From an uncultured Methylomirabilota bacterium (GTDB lineage Bacteria > Methylomirabilota > Methylomirabilia > Methylomirabilales > 2-02-FULL-66-22): a stretch of 64,000 nt of DNA. Where the stretch lies: contig OY970067.1 in NCBI GenBank assembly GCA_963705305.1, positions 2,208,001 through 2,272,000 on the forward strand, in the 5' to 3' direction. Position numbers and translations under genes: made by a program. The notes below the pieces were generated by a model. That model made no database searches. It saw nothing but the letters and a program-made list of their open reading frames with translations, and was not told the DNA's origin. This document shows positions 61,552 to 64,000 of this stretch, in pieces. How positions within the stretch are numbered: position 1 is the first letter of the stretch; each line of letters starts with the position of its first letter.

Positions 61552-62652
61552 GTGGGGTATGTGGCGGTCCGCGGCGGGGAGGATGCCATCCGCAACAGCG
61601 AAACCCTCCTGGTCCTGTACCGGCGCCGGGGACAAACCGGGCCAATTCAGGTCCGCCAAATCCAGGAGCAGATGCGGTCGGCCGTGGATCGGGTGATGGC
61701 CGAGGGCTCGCTCTTCGATGCCACCCTGGCGGCCTTGGCCGTCAAGCAGGCGGAGGGCGACCTCGTCGAAGCTGCCTTCCTGGTGCGCGCCTACCGGTCC
61801 ACGCTCCCGCGCCTCGAGACCACCCCCGTCCAGCGAACCCAGGAGCTGCGTCTCATCCGCCGCATCTCGGCGGCCTTCAAGGATGTGCCGGGCGGGCAGA
61901 TCCTCGGCCCGACGCGGGATTACACCCAACGGCTCCTGGACTTCTCCCTCTTGGAGGAGTCCGAGGCCCTTCCCGAAGCGCCCTGTGTGCCCATGCCGGC
62001 CGGCACGCTCCCGGTCGAAAAGGTCTCGACGTTTCTGCGTCGCGAGGGGCTCTTGCCGGAGCCGCGGCGGGACGCGCCGATTCCGGTCGACATTACGCGG
62101 GAGCCCGTGGCATTCCCGATGCCGCGATCCGCCCGCCTCCAGCACCTCGCGCGGGGGGACGAAGGAGGCCTGCTGGCGCTGGCCTATTCCAGCATGCGCG
62201 GCTTTGGGAACGTCCATCCCACGGTGGCGGAGCTGCGCGTGGGCTATCTGCCGGTGCGGGTCTACGTCCCCGGCGAGCCCGAGCCGGTGACGATCGGCGA
62301 GGTGCTCGTGACGGAGGTGGAGCTGATCGCGCGCGACGGCGGCGGGGACGAGTCGCAGAGCGGGCCGCCCCGCTTCCATCTGGGATACGGCTTCGCCATC
62401 GGCCAGAACGAGCGGCGCGCCATCTGCATGGCGATTCTCGACCGGGCCATGATGGCCGAGCGGGCGTCGGCCCCGGCCGAAGATCAGGAATTCGTCCTGG
62501 CGCACATCGATGGCATCGAGGCGCAGGGCTTCACGAATCACTGGAAGCTCCCCCACTACGTGGACTTCCAATCCGAGCTGGACCGGGCCCGCGCCGGCAG
62601 GGCGGCCCCCGCCGCCGCGGCCGAGCCGGTCCACGCGGAGACCTCCGCGTGA
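61552..62652 (+). CDS. phnI: C-P lyase subunit PhnI
   Basis: YVAVRGGE.AI, RRISAAFKDVPGGQILGPT.DY, HPTVAELR, HWKLPHYVDFQSEL. Confidence 0.95.
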   Translation: MGYVAVRGGEDAIRNSETLLVLYRRRGQTGPIQVRQIQEQMRSAVDRVMAEGSLFDATLAALAVKQAEGDLVEAAFLVRAYRSTLPRLETTPVQRTQELRLIRRISAAFKDVPGGQILGPTRDYTQRLLDFSLLEESEALPEAPCVPMPAGTLPVEKVSTFLRREGLLPEPRRDAPIPVDITREPVAFPMPRSARLQHLARGDEGGLLALAYSSMRGFGNVHPTVAELRVGYLPVRVYVPGEPEPVTIGEVLVTEVELIARDGGGDESQSGPPRFHLGYGFAIGQNERRAICMAILDRAMMAERASAPAEDQEFVLAHIDGIEAQGFTNHWKLPHYVDFQSELDRARAGRAAPAAAAEPVHAETSA

Positions 62653-63533
62653 GCTACGCGTTTGCCTTTCTGGACGAGCAGTCCAAGCGGGCCGTTCGCC
62701 GGGCCCTGCTGAAGGCGGTGGCCATTCCGGGGTACCAGGTGCCCTTCGTCTCGCGAGAGCTGCCCATCTCGTACGGCTGGGGGACGGGAGGCATCCAGAT
62801 CACATCCGCCGTGATCGGGCCCACCGACACGCTCAAGGTGATCGACCAGGGGGCCGATGACAGCGTGAACGCGCTGAACATCAAGCGCTTCTTCGCGCGG
62901 ACCGCGGGGGTCGCCACGACCACCGAGACTGCGCGGGCGACCATCATCCAGACGCGCCACCGGATTCCCGAGGAGCGCCTGCGGGCCGATCAGCTCCTGG
63001 TGCTCCAGGTGCCGTATCCCGAGCCTCTCCGGCTGGTCGAGCCGCGCGAGACGGAGACCGCGCGGATGCACGCCGAGGCGGATTACGGCCGGATGTATGT
63101 CGCGCTCTATGAGGACATCGTCCGGCACGGCACGATCACCCTGCCTTGGCAATACCCCACCCTGGTGAACGGCCGCTACCTGATGAGCCCGAGCCCGGTG
63201 CCGCGGTTCGACAATCCGAAGCTGCATCAGGCGGACTGCCTGTTTCTCTTCGGCGCCGGTCGCGAGAAGCGGGTCTACGCGGTGCCCCCCCTCACCGACG
63301 TGGTCTCGCTCGCCTTCGAGGACCACCCCTTCCGGGCCGAGTCCTTCGACCGTCGCGCCTGCCAGCGCTGCGGATCCACCGATACCTATCTGGACGAGGT
63401 GATTCTGGATGCGGCGGGGACGCGGAGCTTCCAGTGCTCCGATACCGCATTTTGCCGGCGGCGGCGCGAGGACCCCGACATCCCGCGCGAGTGGGGAGGA
63501 GCTCACCCATCGTTGGCGGGGCGCTCCACATGA
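62649..63533 (+). CDS. phnJ: C-P lyase radical-SAM subunit PhnJ
   Basis: KAVAIPGYQVPF, GWGTGG, FGAGREKR.YAVPP, CQRC...CSDT.FC. Confidence 0.97.
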   Translation: MSYAFAFLDEQSKRAVRRALLKAVAIPGYQVPFVSRELPISYGWGTGGIQITSAVIGPTDTLKVIDQGADDSVNALNIKRFFARTAGVATTTETARATIIQTRHRIPEERLRADQLLVLQVPYPEPLRLVEPRETETARMHAEADYGRMYVALYEDIVRHGTITLPWQYPTLVNGRYLMSPSPVPRFDNPKLHQADCLFLFGAGREKRVYAVPPLTDVVSLAFEDHPFRAESFDRRACQRCGSTDTYLDEVILDAAGTRSFQCSDTAFCRRRREDPDIPREWGGAHPSLAGRST

Positions 63534-64000
63534 TCCCGCTCCTGTCCGTCCGGGAGCTGACCGTCACGTACCCGAACGGCGTGGTGGGCTGCGGAGGCGT
63601 CTCCTTTGACGTCCAGCCCGGCGAGGTCCTCGGCGTGGTGGGGGAGTCGGGATCCGGGAAATCGAGCCTCCTGAACGCCCTGGCCATGGCGCTGTCGCCC
63701 AGCCACGGGTCCGCCGTCTTCCAGAGCCCCGGCCGCGGGCCGCAGGCGCTCTTCGCCTTGAACGCGCAGAGCCGGCGCTGGCTGCGGCACCGGGAGATCG
63801 CCCTGGTTCACCAGAACCCGCAACGGGCGCTCAACTTCGACCTCTCGGCGGGGGCCAATGTCGCCGAGGCACTCCTCATGGCGGAATGGCGCCACTACGG
63901 CCGGATCCGCGCCCGGGTGGCGGAGCTGTTTGCCCGGGTCGAGCTCGAACGTCGGGCGCATGGACGAACTGCCGGGGCGCTTCTCCGGAGGCATGCAGCA
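63530..64000 (+). CDS. phnK: C-P lyase ABC subunit PhnK (partial; apparent +1 frameshift at ~63948)
   Basis: GESGSGKS, VHQNP, SAGANV.E; RMDELPGRFSGGMQ lies in a shifted frame. Confidence 0.88.
   Translation, partial: MIPLLSVRELTVTYPNGVVGCGGVSFDVQPGEVLGVVGESGSGKSSLLNALAMALSPSHGSAVFQSPGRGPQALFALNAQSRRWLRHREIALVHQNPQRALNFDLSAGANVAEALLMAEWRHYGRIRARVAELFARVELERRAHGRTAGALLRRHAA

Overview
High-GC, diderm bacterial chromosome window (Omp85, ExbBD/TolQR, Tat and an ABC-type glycan exporter; an NC10/Methylomirabilota- or Deltaproteobacteria-like host is only a guess). From left to right: (1) a minus-strand block omp85-mazG-dinG-metalloenzyme-nfeD-SPFH-folP; (2) a lytic transglycosylase, then glyA-nrdR-precorrin-2 dehydrogenase-ccsA-hemA-hemC-cobA/hemD; (3) a ~25 kb surface-glycan locus (DegT, RfbB, Wzm/Wzt, six GT4, GT2, GT-C, five methyltransferases, AsnB plus an asnB 5' duplicate remnant, epimerases, nucleotide-sugar dehydrogenase, WecA-like); (4) maf, a 25-residue-repeat helical protein, exbBD/tolQR, dedA, DUF47, tatA/B and pdxST; (5) a probable phosphate-starvation region. 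The best candidate for an undescribed system is in region 5: a divergent alpha/beta-hydrolase-GH3-zinc-ribbon operon and a PHP-GT4 fusion gene share an intergenic region with 11-bp-periodic GTCAY (Pho-box-like) repeats on both strands, close to phnWX and C-P lyase phnGHIJK. This could be a Pho-regulated, phosphorus-free lipid remodelling module (inference). Also notable: three copies of a MITE-like element carrying nested covarying hairpins, a family of heptamer-periodic inverted-repeat elements at gene junctions, and several genes reduced by in-frame internal deletions. No rRNA, tRNA, CRISPR array or transposase was seen.
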